A DNA stretch of 64,000 bases from an uncultured delta proteobacterium (GCA_963816145.1 CAWFJP010000004.1:512001-576000); one strand, 5' to 3'; positions 41,069 to 51,633 are shown, numbered from the stretch's first letter. Numbers and translations: made by a program. Notes: generated by a model not told the origin, from the letters alone.

Positions 41069-42238
41069 ATGAATCTTCGAATCGGTTTAGTCGGCCTCGG
41101 CACCGGCGGAAGATCGTTGCCCCATGCGGTTGCCAAAACGACCGGCTTTACGTTTGTCGCGGGCGCCGATCTGCGCGAGGAGGCGCGGGCGCAGTATGCC
41201 GCGGATTTCGGCATTCAAACCTTCGACAGCGTTGAGGCGATGTGCGGGCTGAAGGATTTGAACGCGGTCTATGTCGCCACGCCCAATCCGTTTCATGCCG
41301 GCCATGCGATCGCCGCGTTGCATGCGGGCAAGCATGTCATGGTCGAGAAGCCGATGGCGCTGACTTTGGCAGACTGCGACCGCATGATCGCCGCGGCGGA
41401 GCGCAATCGCGTCAAACTCATGGTGGCGCACACGCGTAGTTGGAATGCGCCGATTCGAAGGATGCGCGAGATCATTAGCAGCGGCCGGCTCGGCCGGGTC
41501 ACCCAAGTGCACACGCTGCGCTATTCGCCTTGGCTGTTACGGCCGCGGGAACCGGTGGAGATCGACACGGCTCTCGGCGGCGGTGTTTGCTACCGTCAAG
41601 CGCCGCATCAGGTCGACATTGCGCGGCTGCTGGGCGGCGGGTTGGTCGAGAGTGTGCGCGCACACGCCGGCCGTTGGTCGCCGGAGAACGACACGGAGGG
41701 TAATTATTCGGCGTTGTTACAGTTCGCCGGCGGCGTGACCGCGACGTTGATCTACGACGGCTACGGTTATTTCGACGATCGCGAATTGATCGAGGGCGAC
41801 GTGTTCGGCAGCGGGCGGCAATCGAGCCCTGGGCAGCGACTGCGCCAAGCGCGCGCTGCCGGCAAGCTCGACAAGAACACCAGCCGCTCGGGGGTCGCTT
41901 TCGACATCGAACGGGGCGACGGCGATGCTCGCAAACGTCCGCGCCAGCCGTTTTTCGGCATCACCTTGGTCAGTTGCGAACGCGGCGCGTTGCGCCAATC
42001 CTCCGACGGCGTGTTTCTCTACGATGCCCAGGGCCGCTCGGAGGTTGCCTGCCAGCGGTGGGACGGGCCGCTCAAAGTGGAGCTCGACGAGTTCCATCGC
42101 GCCATTACCCTGGACCAGCCCATGCCGCACGACGGCAAGTGGGGCAAAGCGACGCTGGAAGTTTGCCTGGCGATGCTGCAATCGAGCCGCGATCAAAGCG
42201 AAGTGAGGCTCTGTCATCAAGTTGGTAGCCCCTACTAA
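41069..42238 (+). CDS. Gfo/Idh/MocA oxidoreductase (OphB/Pht4-like), paralog of 10198
   Basis: GLG, VATPN..H, VEKPMA and QAPHQVD motifs; again follows a Rieske gene. Confidence 0.88.
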   Translation: MNLRIGLVGLGTGGRSLPHAVAKTTGFTFVAGADLREEARAQYAADFGIQTFDSVEAMCGLKDLNAVYVATPNPFHAGHAIAALHAGKHVMVEKPMALTLADCDRMIAAAERNRVKLMVAHTRSWNAPIRRMREIISSGRLGRVTQVHTLRYSPWLLRPREPVEIDTALGGGVCYRQAPHQVDIARLLGGGLVESVRAHAGRWSPENDTEGNYSALLQFAGGVTATLIYDGYGYFDDRELIEGDVFGSGRQSSPGQRLRQARAAGKLDKNTSRSGVAFDIERGDGDARKRPRQPFFGITLVSCERGALRQSSDGVFLYDAQGRSEVACQRWDGPLKVELDEFHRAITLDQPMPHDGKWGKATLEVCLAMLQSSRDQSEVRLCHQVGSPY

Positions 42239-42269
42239 CATTGCACAGTTGCAGCCGACTCTCGGATTA

Positions 42270-42380
42270 TCTCGCGCAAAGACGCAAAGCCCGCAAAGGC
42301 TGGAAAATAACGGTAATAAACTCTCCAAGATAATTCATCTCTTCCTTCCGAACTTGGCGTCTTTGCGCCTTTGCGGGAGA
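42270..42380. repeat. CGCAAAG inverted element
   Basis: TCTCGCGCAAAGACGCAAAGCCCGCAAAG ... TCCGAACTTGGCGTCTTTGCGCCTTTGCGGGAGA. Confidence 0.85.
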
Positions 42381-42479
42381 AATTTCCGAATCCGAGTTAA
42401 CCGGTGCAAAGCCAAAATCCTCTTGATCTCCAACGCTTCACGCGATATTAACTCGCAGACTCTTTAGCGGGTTATAGCG

Positions 42480-44216
42480 ATGGCCAAGACCGAAACCTAC
42501 GACGCACCGGCCCTGACGCGATCCTGGCTACCGCCACTGGACGGCGGCACCGCGATTATGGCCGCTTTGATCGGTTTCATGGGATTTTACGTGCTCTATC
42601 CCTTGACGCTGATTGTCATCAACAGCTTCAACACCGCGACTATTGCCGAACCGGAAGTTTACGGCTTGGATGCATGGCGCAAAGCCTTCGCCGAGCCGGG
42701 TATCTGGCGCTCTCTCTTGAACAGCGTCAAGATCGGTATCGTGCTGCAGCTGATCGCCCTGCCGACCGGCATCTTTATTTCATGGTTGTTGGCGCGCACC
42801 AATATCCTCTGTGCCAATCTGTTTGAGTTTGGTTTCTGGCTGTCGTTCTTTATGCCCGGCCTGGCCTGCACCTTCGGCTGGATGCTGATGCTCGATCCGA
42901 GCACTGGGCTGCTCAATTCCTGGTTGCGTCAGGTGCCGGGGTTGAGCTGGCTCAATTTCGACATCTACTCATTTTGGGGAATCATTTGGGTCCATGTGGT
43001 GAGCCACGGGCTGTCGACCAAAGTCATGCTGCTGACGCCGGCGTTCCGGCGCATGGATGCTTCGATGGAAGAAGCCAGCCGCATGTCGGGCGCCAGCGCG
43101 CTGACCACATTGGTGCGCATCACGGTGCCGGCGATGACGCCGGTAATCATCGTGGTTTTCCTGTTGAGCGTGATTCGGATTTTCAGCAGCTTGGAAATTG
43201 AACTGCTGCTTGGCGTGCCCTGGGGCTTCTACGTCTATTCGACCAAGATCGTCGATCTGGCGCGCCAGGAGCCGCCGCTGGTAAACCAAGCGGCGGCTTT
43301 GGGCAGTGTGATCTTGATCTTTCTCGTCGCCTTCATACCAATTCAGCGCAAACTCATCGCGCGCCGCCAATTCACCACGGTTACCGGCCAATTCAAACCG
43401 AAAATCATCGAGCTCGGTGCCTGGCGCTATCCGGCGACGGCGTTTGTCGGTTTGGTGCTGTTCGTTCTCGACGTCGTGCCGCTGCTCAGTGTGGTCGGCG
43501 GCAGCTTCATGACCCGCTTCGGGTTTTTCAATTTGCCGAAGACCTGGACCCTGGAGTATTGGCGCATGGCGCTCACCGACCCGCGCATTCTCCAGGGGTT
43601 GCACAATACTTTAATTGTCGCGGTCAGCGCCGGCCTGGTCGGCGCGTTATTCTTCTCCCTGGTCGGCTATGTCTTGGTGCGCACCAAGCTGCCGGGCCGG
43701 GGCATACTGGATTCGATTTGTTGGCTGCCGTCGGCGATTCCCGGCGTGCTCTCGGGCTTGGGGCTATTGTGGATGTTTCTCGGCACGCCGGTGTTTCGGC
43801 CGTTTTACGGCACCATCGTTCTCTTGGTCGTCGCCCAAGTGCTCGGCGGGATTACCTTGGCAACGCAGATTCTCAAAGCCAACTTCGTGCAGTTGGGCAA
43901 GGAGCTCGAAGAGTCGTCGCGCATGTCGGGGGCGGGTTTCTGGCGCACCTATTTGCGTATCGTCTTTCCGCTGATGGCGCAGACCATGGTGATGGTGGCG
44001 GTTATCAAGTTCATGTTCGCGGCGCAGCATAATGGGGCGATCATTTTATTGGCGACCTCGGAAACCCGCACCTTGTCGCTCTTGGCGTTGGATCAGGTCG
44101 CGGCCGGTTACCGTGAGGTGGCCAGTATCACCATCATCATGATCACTGTGCTCACCTTGGGTGTGGCGATCGTGGCACGCTCGTTCGGCCTCAAAGTCGG
44201 CATCCGCGCCGATTAA
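42480..44216 (+). CDS. ABC permease, fused two-domain (FbpB-like)
   Basis: Hydrophobic protein with two EAA loops (MEEASRMSGA, LEESSRMSGA). Confidence 0.93.
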   Translation: MAKTETYDAPALTRSWLPPLDGGTAIMAALIGFMGFYVLYPLTLIVINSFNTATIAEPEVYGLDAWRKAFAEPGIWRSLLNSVKIGIVLQLIALPTGIFISWLLARTNILCANLFEFGFWLSFFMPGLACTFGWMLMLDPSTGLLNSWLRQVPGLSWLNFDIYSFWGIIWVHVVSHGLSTKVMLLTPAFRRMDASMEEASRMSGASALTTLVRITVPAMTPVIIVVFLLSVIRIFSSLEIELLLGVPWGFYVYSTKIVDLARQEPPLVNQAAALGSVILIFLVAFIPIQRKLIARRQFTTVTGQFKPKIIELGAWRYPATAFVGLVLFVLDVVPLLSVVGGSFMTRFGFFNLPKTWTLEYWRMALTDPRILQGLHNTLIVAVSAGLVGALFFSLVGYVLVRTKLPGRGILDSICWLPSAIPGVLSGLGLLWMFLGTPVFRPFYGTIVLLVVAQVLGGITLATQILKANFVQLGKELEESSRMSGAGFWRTYLRIVFPLMAQTMVMVAVIKFMFAAQHNGAIILLATSETRTLSLLALDQVAAGYREVASITIIMITVLTLGVAIVARSFGLKVGIRAD

Positions 44217-44237
44217 CCATCAGTTCAGAGGATTCCA

Positions 44238-45356
44238 TTGGTGAGTTTCTTACGCATTCAAAATCTCTATAAGACTTTTGGCCAGGTTGCGGCGGTCAAT
44301 CGCATCAATCTCGACATTGCCGAGGGTGAGTTTTTCACCATGCTCGGCTCCAGCGGTTGCGGCAAGACGACGACACTCCGCATGATCGGCGGCTTGGAAA
44401 AACCCGACAGCGGCGAGATCCATCTCGGCGAACAGTGTCTGGTGGCGCCGGAAAAAGGGCTGTTCATCAAACCGGAAAAGCGCAACATGGGCATGGTGTT
44501 TCAGTCCTATGCCCTGTGGCCGCATATGACGGTATTCGAAAACGTCGCCTATCCGCTCAAGTTGCGCGGCATCAAAGGCGCCGAAGCGAGCAAGAAGGTC
44601 GAAGACGTGCTCGCCCTCGTGGGCTTGGCCGGCTTGGGCGAGCGGCCGGCGCCGGCGCTCTCCGGCGGCCAGCAACAGCGCGTCGCTTTGGCGCGCGCTT
44701 TGGTGTTCTCGCCGCGGGTGTTGCTGTTGGATGAGCCCTTGAGCAACCTCGATGCCCAATTGCGTGAGGAGATGCGCCGGGAGCTGAAGTCGCTGCAGCA
44801 GCGCGTGAATATCACCGTGATCTTTGTCACCCATGACCAGATCGAAGCGCTGAGTTTGTCCGATCGCATTGCGATCATGAAGTTCGGCGTACTCGAACAG
44901 GTCGGCACGCCGGAGGATGTGTATTTTCGCCCGGCGACGCCATTTGTGCGCGACTTCCTCGGCAAGACCTTCCTCTTGCCCGGCAAGATCTCCGTGTCGA
45001 CTGAACAAACCATCGGCGTCAGTGTCCAGGGCAGCAGCACAGCGTCGTTGAGTTTGCCGCGCAGTAAACTGATTGGCGCGGCCAACGGTTTGTTGACGGT
45101 TGGCCAGGGCGTTACCGTGGCGATCCGCCCGGAGCAGGTCAATTTGACCGCCGGGCGTCAGGACGGGCGCGCCAATATGGTCGAGGCGACTTTGCAAACG
45201 GTGCAGTTTCTCGGCGACCGCTACGAGTACACGGTTACCTTGGGCGGGGAAACCCGAGTGTTGGCTTCGCCGGAGCCGCAGCATCTCAAGTCGGGGGACC
45301 GGGTTTATCTCGAACTCAAGCCCGAAGGCATGACGCTGTGGCCAACTGAAAAATAG
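44238..45356 (+). CDS. ABC ATP-binding protein (FbpC/PotA-like, TOBE domain)
   Basis: GSSGCGKT, LSGGQQQR and LLLDEP motifs. Confidence 0.95.
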   Translation: MVSFLRIQNLYKTFGQVAAVNRINLDIAEGEFFTMLGSSGCGKTTTLRMIGGLEKPDSGEIHLGEQCLVAPEKGLFIKPEKRNMGMVFQSYALWPHMTVFENVAYPLKLRGIKGAEASKKVEDVLALVGLAGLGERPAPALSGGQQQRVALARALVFSPRVLLLDEPLSNLDAQLREEMRRELKSLQQRVNITVIFVTHDQIEALSLSDRIAIMKFGVLEQVGTPEDVYFRPATPFVRDFLGKTFLLPGKISVSTEQTIGVSVQGSSTASLSLPRSKLIGAANGLLTVGQGVTVAIRPEQVNLTAGRQDGRANMVEATLQTVQFLGDRYEYTVTLGGETRVLASPEPQHLKSGDRVYLELKPEGMTLWPTEK

Positions 45357-45467
45357 TTCAAGCCGTTCAAATCGTTTAAAAGGTTCAAGCCGTCGGAATG
45401 CGCCGGCATGCCGCCCTGACAATTGAAATTCGGTATTCAAGAAGCCTGGACGGCAGGTCACTCGTAT

Positions 45468-45635
45468 ATGAAATCGCTGCTCGGATCTGTTGCTGCCGGA
45501 TTGATTATCGCGACGGGATCGATGGTCGGCGATTACCAAACGGCTGCCACCGCTGCGGTTGATACGGAGTGGGCTCGCACCGTCGAGGCGGCGACAAAAG
45601 AAGGCAAGGTCAGCGTCTTTCTCGACCAGCGCTAA
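45468..45635 (+). pseudogene. 5' fragment of a twelfth solute-binding paralog
   Basis: Signal peptide plus EWARTVEAATKEGKVSVF, then a stop; the rest is absent. Confidence 0.7.
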
Positions 45636-45708
45636 CACATCGAAGCGGTTCGAGCCTCCGAGTGGAACTGCTGGAACCCTTGGAACGCTTGGAACCCAAG
45701 ATTGCTTT

Positions 45709-46977
45709 TCACTTCTCAGCGGTTCTGTATCTCTCATCATCCCATCGAAACTTTGGGATTGCCGGGATTTGCCACGCGGTCAAGATCGTCACCAGCGTGA
45801 CGAATAGGCCGCCGAAAAGGGTGGTTTCGCGCACACCGATGAGCGGGATCATTAGGCCCGACTCGACCTGGCCGAGCGGGTGCAGGCCGCGGTTGCTCAG
45901 TTGAAACACGCCCATCACGCGGCCGCGAAATTTGTCCGGAGTGATCATCTGCATGATCGTGCCGCGCGCCGCGCCCCAGACGGTGTCGGTCAAGCCGACC
46001 AGGGTCATCAAGCTCAATGCCAGCGCGAAGTTGGGCGCGAGCCCGAAGAGCGCAAAGAATAACCCATAGAAAATCGCCGTGACGATGAGAATCTTGCCTT
46101 GATAGGGTTTTTGTCCGATGGCGAGAAACAGCCCCGAACCGACGACTGCGCCGAGGCCGCGCGCCGATTGCAACAGACCGAAACCTTGCGCGCCGACGCG
46201 GAGCACATCGCTGGCGAAGATCGTCAGCATCGTATGGTCCAAGCCGAACACCGATGACACCGCTTCCATGACGGTGAGGCCGAGGATGATTGGCCGGGCG
46301 ACGATGTATTTAAAACCCTCCTGGGTCTCGGCCATGAATTGGCGCTGCCGTTTGGGTTCGGCCTTGGCCGTGATTCGCAGCATCGTCAACGTGACGACGA
46401 CGACCAGAAAGCTCATCGCATTGGCATAAAACGCACCGGCGGTGCCCATCAGACTGATAGCGATGCCGCCGAGCGACGGGCCGATAAGGGCGGAGCCTTT
46501 CCAGAGTAGCGAATTGAGCGCGACGGCATTGGGCAGCGCCGAGCGCGGCACCAGCGCGGGAAACATCGCTTGTCGCGTCGGTCCGTCGAAGGCGCCCACC
46601 GCCGAGCTCAAGAACGTGAACATGTAGATATGCCAAGGCTGGATGTGGCCGAAATCATCCAAGAGGCCGACGGCGAGGGACAGCGAGCCCAAAATCACCT
46701 GAGTCCATAACAGCATCCTTCGCCGATCGTAGCGATCGGCGAAGGTGCCGCTGATAACACCGAGACTGAGTGCGGGGATGGCGCGAAAGATGCCGTTGAG
46801 ACCGAGCAGCACCGCCGAGCCGGTGAGTTGGTAGAGTAGCCAACTGGTTGCGGTCATTTGCATCCAGGTGCCGATGTTGGAAATCAATTGTCCGGACCAG
46901 AATAGGCGAAAGTCGCGATAGCCTAGTGCGGCGAGGCGGCCGTGGACTGGAATGGTTTGCTCGGTGGCGTCGTTCAT
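45709..46977 (-). CDS. MFS transporter (MFS_3/EntS-like)
   Basis: RDFRLFW, GTFADRYDRRR and RGRVMG motifs. Confidence 0.92.
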   Translation of the reverse strand: MNDATEQTIPVHGRLAALGYRDFRLFWSGQLISNIGTWMQMTATSWLLYQLTGSAVLLGLNGIFRAIPALSLGVISGTFADRYDRRRMLLWTQVILGSLSLAVGLLDDFGHIQPWHIYMFTFLSSAVGAFDGPTRQAMFPALVPRSALPNAVALNSLLWKGSALIGPSLGGIAISLMGTAGAFYANAMSFLVVVVTLTMLRITAKAEPKRQRQFMAETQEGFKYIVARPIILGLTVMEAVSSVFGLDHTMLTIFASDVLRVGAQGFGLLQSARGLGAVVGSGLFLAIGQKPYQGKILIVTAIFYGLFFALFGLAPNFALALSLMTLVGLTDTVWGAARGTIMQMITPDKFRGRVMGVFQLSNRGLHPLGQVESGLMIPLIGVRETTLFGGLFVTLVTILTAWQIPAIPKFRWDDERYRTAEK

Positions 46978-47156
46978 GAGTTTTCTTGTCGCATAAATTA
47001 TTGCCGGAGTGGGTGCATTACGTTTATTGTCATGTTTGCAGGTGAATTCGCCGCGCTAATTTACAATTCCATCAAACTACCATGGCATTGCGAATTTAAA
47101 ACGTCTGTTCGGCGGTGCGTGCGAATAATTTGCCGTCGTGCCACGAAATTAAAGAT

Positions 47157-48428
47157 CTATTCTTTGGTGGGCCGATTCGTGGGCTGTCGATCCAGACGAA
47201 AGCGCGGAATTTCGCTGAGTCGCCAGGCGGTGAGAAGTGTGACGGAAGCGACGACGATGCCGCCGAGGGCAGTTGCCAATCTGGCGCCGACGACCGGAAC
47301 CAGCAGACCGGTTTCCACTTGGCCAAGCGGATTGAGACCTTGGTTGCTCAGCTGAAAAATGCCCATGATCCGGCCGCGCAATCGTTCGGGAGCCAACCAT
47401 TGAAGTATCGTACTACGGGCAGCGGCCCAGATCGTATCCATGGCGCCGACAAAAGTGAGCAACAAGAGCGATAGGATGAACGAGGGTGAATAGCCGAAGA
47501 GCACGAAACCGATACCGTAGAGAAGCGCCGACGTTAGAAGTATTTTGCCCTGAGCGGGCGCTTGTCCAAAGGCGATGTAAATGCTCGAGCCGATCACCGC
47601 GCCGAGGCCGCGCGCCGATTGCAATAGACCGAAGCCATGGGCGCCGACGCGCAAAATGTCGCTAGCGAAGATCGTCAGGAGGGCGTTGTCGAGGCCAAAA
47701 ATTGACGTGGTCGCTTCCATGACGATCACACCGAGAATGACGTTTTGCGAATAGACATAAGACAATCCGGCCTTCACTTCGCTGGCGAAATGGCGTCCGG
47801 TCTCAGCGCCGGGGGATGATGTTTTCATCATCATCAGCGCGCTGACGACGACAAGAAAGCTCGCGGCGTTGGCGTAAAATGCGCCGCTGGTGCCCATCAA
47901 GCTAATCGCGACGCCGCCGAGCATCGGTCCAAGCAGCGCAGCGCCTTTCCAAAGAATTGCATTGAGCGCCACGGCGTTCGGCAGTACCTCCTTGGGAATG
48001 AGCAGTGGGAAAAGTGCCTGGCGCGCCGGGCCGTCGCATGAACCCACCGCGGCGCTGAGAAAGGTCATCGTGTAAATGTGCCAGGGGCGGATATTTTCAG
48101 AGTGATCGAGGATGCCCAGGATGAGCGCGAGAGTGCCGAGCAGGCATTGCGTTGTCAGCAGCAGTTTCTTGCGATCATATCGGTCGGCGAGGGTGCCGCT
48201 GAAAATTCCCAGAACTAGAGCCGGTCCGGCGCGAAACAGACCATTCAGCCCTAACTGGAGCGGCGATTTGGTCAGCTTGTAGAGCAGCCAATTGATCGCC
48301 GTCATCTGCATCCAGGTGCCGATGTTGGAGATAAAAATACTGGTCCAGAACAGGCGAAAGTCGCGGTAACGAAACGACGCGAACCTTCCGACCGTTGGCG
48401 GGTTCACTTCGTCGAATGGGTCTGGCAT
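47157..48428 (-). CDS. MFS transporter, tandem paralog
   Basis: ISNIGTWMQMTA shared with 45709..46977. Confidence 0.92.
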   Translation of the reverse strand: MPDPFDEVNPPTVGRFASFRYRDFRLFWTSIFISNIGTWMQMTAINWLLYKLTKSPLQLGLNGLFRAGPALVLGIFSGTLADRYDRKKLLLTTQCLLGTLALILGILDHSENIRPWHIYTMTFLSAAVGSCDGPARQALFPLLIPKEVLPNAVALNAILWKGAALLGPMLGGVAISLMGTSGAFYANAASFLVVVSALMMMKTSSPGAETGRHFASEVKAGLSYVYSQNVILGVIVMEATTSIFGLDNALLTIFASDILRVGAHGFGLLQSARGLGAVIGSSIYIAFGQAPAQGKILLTSALLYGIGFVLFGYSPSFILSLLLLTFVGAMDTIWAAARSTILQWLAPERLRGRIMGIFQLSNQGLNPLGQVETGLLVPVVGARLATALGGIVVASVTLLTAWRLSEIPRFRLDRQPTNRPTKE

Positions 48429-48474
48429 TCGTGCTATCTGGGACTTGTGCGCAGGTCAGTGAGCGCAGTCGCGG

Positions 48475-49377
48475 CTAGTTAAAATCCCAGTGCGCGAAAC
48501 CCATGGCGCAGCCGACGCCGGTTTGGGTGCGGTAAAGGGGCGAATACTCGATGACTTTACCGGGTCGGTTGGCCGCGCCGGCGATGACGATCCAATTCAG
48601 TATCTCCGACGTGCCTTCGCGGAAAATCGCTGAGGGCATTGCCGCCATGTAGGCCGTGTCGTTGGTTTGCAGCGCTTCGAGAAACTCATGATCGAGAGCT
48701 TCATCGATCTTGGTGTGGCTGAGACCGCCGGAAGCGGCGATGACGACACGAGCTTCACTGGGAAATTCGCGAATCAGCGCGGCCAGGGACTGGCCGAAAT
48801 GGAGACAGCGCTGGGCCGAGGGTGCCGGCGGATAGTAGGTGTTGACCATCACCGGGATTAGCCGGCAGTTATTTTCGGGAACGAGAAACTTGAGCACCCG
48901 GGCGAAGGCGTGGCCGAGGCCGCCGTCGTAGCGGGTCTTTTTCGAATACGATGGGTCGAAACCCTGGTCCATGAGACCGGTGATTAAAGCTTCAGCCATC
49001 TTGGCGTCGATGTTGTACTTGGTTCGATTCTCCGATTTCGCCTGGTTCAAATAGCGCAGGCTGACGCTCGCTTCGGCGTCGGCGCCCATGAAGATCGTGA
49101 ATGGCGGCATGTTGTCGTCGACCAAATTCTCGTGCTGGTCGTCGCCGACGATGATCAAAACATCGGGCTTAAGCGCCGCGACTTTTTGCCGCAGCTGATC
49201 GATAGCGTTTATGCAGCCTTTCCACTTGGTCCATTTGACTTCATCGGTCTCAGCGGCGAGCTCCGGTTTGTCGGGCAGACTCTCGCCCTTGCGGGTATTC
49301 AGAAGGTGCCAGTTACTCGGGTCGAGCATCAATTGTGGGGCGTGGGACATGGCCACGCAGCCGACTAGGTTTGCCAT
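48475..49377 (-). CDS. LigB-family (class III) extradiol ring-cleavage dioxygenase
   Basis: SHAP, GDDQHEN, GHAF, SGGLSH and GTSEILNW motifs. Confidence 0.87.
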   Translation of the reverse strand: MANLVGCVAMSHAPQLMLDPSNWHLLNTRKGESLPDKPELAAETDEVKWTKWKGCINAIDQLRQKVAALKPDVLIIVGDDQHENLVDDNMPPFTIFMGADAEASVSLRYLNQAKSENRTKYNIDAKMAEALITGLMDQGFDPSYSKKTRYDGGLGHAFARVLKFLVPENNCRLIPVMVNTYYPPAPSAQRCLHFGQSLAALIREFPSEARVVIAASGGLSHTKIDEALDHEFLEALQTNDTAYMAAMPSAIFREGTSEILNWIVIAGAANRPGKVIEYSPLYRTQTGVGCAMGFAHWDFN

Positions 49378-49427
49378 AGGATTATTCGTTCAAGGTTCAA
49401 GGGTCAAAGTTCAAAATTCAGAAAGAT

Positions 49428-50471
49428 TTATGCGACGGCCGCTTTCATATCGGACAGCTCCGGCACGTTGACGTTTAATTTAAACCAGCTGGCGCCGCTG
49501 TCGTCGCTGCCGAACAGGTCGCCGTTCTGTTGCGCCGCATACATGTTGTTGGAGTTGGTCGGATCGAAGGCGAAGCTTTCGACGAAGCTGTGATTGGCCT
49601 GGGAAACGGCGCCCTCCAATTTTTTCCAGCTTTTGCCGGCGTCGGTGGATTGGATCAAAAACGCTTGGGCATCGCCGCCGCGCTTGCGCCATTGCCCAGG
49701 CTGGCCATTGGCCACTGCCGAATAAAGCACATTATGCTTGGTCGGATGAACCGCCAGCGGCACGGAGTATTCTTCTTTGAATTCCATCGCCATCGGCGCC
49801 CAGTTCTTGCCGCCGTCGACGCTCGAGTAAAGCGCGCGGCCCGGCGCTTTGCCGGCGCGGCAATCATGGCCGCCGGTGGCGATGAATATTTTATTGCCGT
49901 CGTCGGGATGGAGCACGATGGTGTGCACATCGCAGTCGAGATTTTTATTCAACAGCTCCCAGTTCCTGCCGCCGTCGGTGGTCTTGAGCATGTAGCCGAC
50001 TTGCAAGGCGACGTACATCGTCTTTGGGTCCTTCGGGTCGATGGTGATGTCGCGCACGTGAGGCTCCACGGTCGCCACCGGATAGGTGATCGTCGAAACC
50101 CAGGGAATATTCCACACGGTGTCGAGCCGCTCCCAGCTTTTGGCTTCGTCGTGGGTGACGAATACATCGATCGGTTCGGTGCCGGCATAGAGAGTTTTGC
50201 TATCATGAGGATCGAAGGTGAGGCAGCGGACTTTGCCGGGCCCGCGCTTGCCGTAGCAGGGCTTTTTCCAAGTGGCGCCGAAATCCTCGCTGACCCAAAC
50301 GCCGTCGCCGCGGGTGCCGGCGAAAACCCGATTGGGCGTCTCAGGCGAAACCGCCACTTCGGGAATCTGCCAATCTTTGAGGCCGTGATGTTGTTGTTTC
50401 CAGCTTCGGCCATCTTCGCTTTTAAGCGTAACTACGCCTTCATCGGTTGCGACGTAAAGGATCGATGCCAT
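49428..50471 (-). CDS. BNR/Asp-box beta-propeller protein
   Basis: Repeated S.D.G..W boxes, an HVR motif, no signal peptide. Confidence 0.85.
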   Translation of the reverse strand: MASILYVATDEGVVTLKSEDGRSWKQQHHGLKDWQIPEVAVSPETPNRVFAGTRGDGVWVSEDFGATWKKPCYGKRGPGKVRCLTFDPHDSKTLYAGTEPIDVFVTHDEAKSWERLDTVWNIPWVSTITYPVATVEPHVRDITIDPKDPKTMYVALQVGYMLKTTDGGRNWELLNKNLDCDVHTIVLHPDDGNKIFIATGGHDCRAGKAPGRALYSSVDGGKNWAPMAMEFKEEYSVPLAVHPTKHNVLYSAVANGQPGQWRKRGGDAQAFLIQSTDAGKSWKKLEGAVSQANHSFVESFAFDPTNSNNMYAAQQNGDLFGSDDSGASWFKLNVNVPELSDMKAAVA

Positions 50472-50681
50472 AAATTATCCTCCTGATTTTTCTGAGATCA
50501 TATCTACTACAGGCGGCATAAACGGACAACAGCCGTTCCGGTCAAGAATGGTTCAAGGTTCAAAAGTTCAAGGTTCAAGGTCGGATTTTGGATTCAGCGA
50601 TGAATTGACTGATGCGCCGGATATCGACGATCCGAGCTCCGATTGAACCTGGAACTTTTGAACCTTGAACGGATTGAGGTT

Positions 50682-51633
50682 CTAGTACCCCAGTTCTTTG
50701 TTGACCAGATTATTCAGCGGCTCGCCGGCGATGAAGCGGCGCAGGTTTTCCTTGAACACCGGCAGCACCGCGGGCCATTTCTCGCTGGTGATGCCGGCGA
50801 TGCGCGGCGTGATGATGACGTTGGGCAGCTGCCAAAGCTCGGAATCTTCCGGCAGCGGTTGCCTGGCGAAGGCGTCGAGGACGGCGCCGGCAAACCATTT
50901 TTCTTTGAGCGCGCGGACGAGTAACCGTTCTTCGACGGCGCGGCCGCCGGTGAGATTAATAAAGTAGGCGCTCGGTTTCATCGCCCGCAGCTCTGGTTCG
51001 CCGATGATGTTGAACGTCGACGGCACCGAGGCGAGCAGCAGGACGACGAAGTCGGACTGCGCCATCAAGGCGGGCAAGAAATCGGGGTCGCCCAGTGCGT
51101 CGACGAAGTCCGGTTTGGCGCCGGGATTTCGTTTGGTCGCGAGCACGCGCATGCCGAGCGCTTTGGCTTTGCGCGCCAGCTCCATGCCGACGGTGCCGAG
51201 ACCGACGATGCCGAGGGTCTGGCCTGCGACTTCGACCGGTTGAAGCTTCTGCCATTTCTTCTGCGCTTGCGCGGCGATCGCATCCGGGAGTTTTTTTGCC
51301 AGGGCGAAGATGCAGGCTAACGCGAATTCGGAAAATACCGTGCCGTGGATACCCTTGGAGCCGGTCACTTGAATCGGTCTCGACTTTACCGACGGTGTGA
51401 GATAGGCATTCACCCCGCCGCGGGTGACGTGGAGCCAGCGAAGTCGCGTCATTCGCTGGATGATCTCATCCGGCACTGTCTCTTCGGTGAAGACGCCGTC
51501 GATCTTGGCCCAGCCATTGCGGATCGACGCCGCTGTCGTCGCTTTGACGGAGCTCACAGTTGGGAAATTCTTGTTTGAGGGACGCCAGTTCTTTGTCGGG
51601 AAGTTTGAGTCTCAGCCAGATGTTTTGCGGCAT
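50682..51633 (-). CDS. D-2-hydroxyacid dehydrogenase family (frameshift near 51510)
   Basis: GIVGLGTVG and PLPEDSELWQLPNVIITP motifs; N-terminus MPQNIWLRL in the adjacent frame. Confidence 0.87.
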
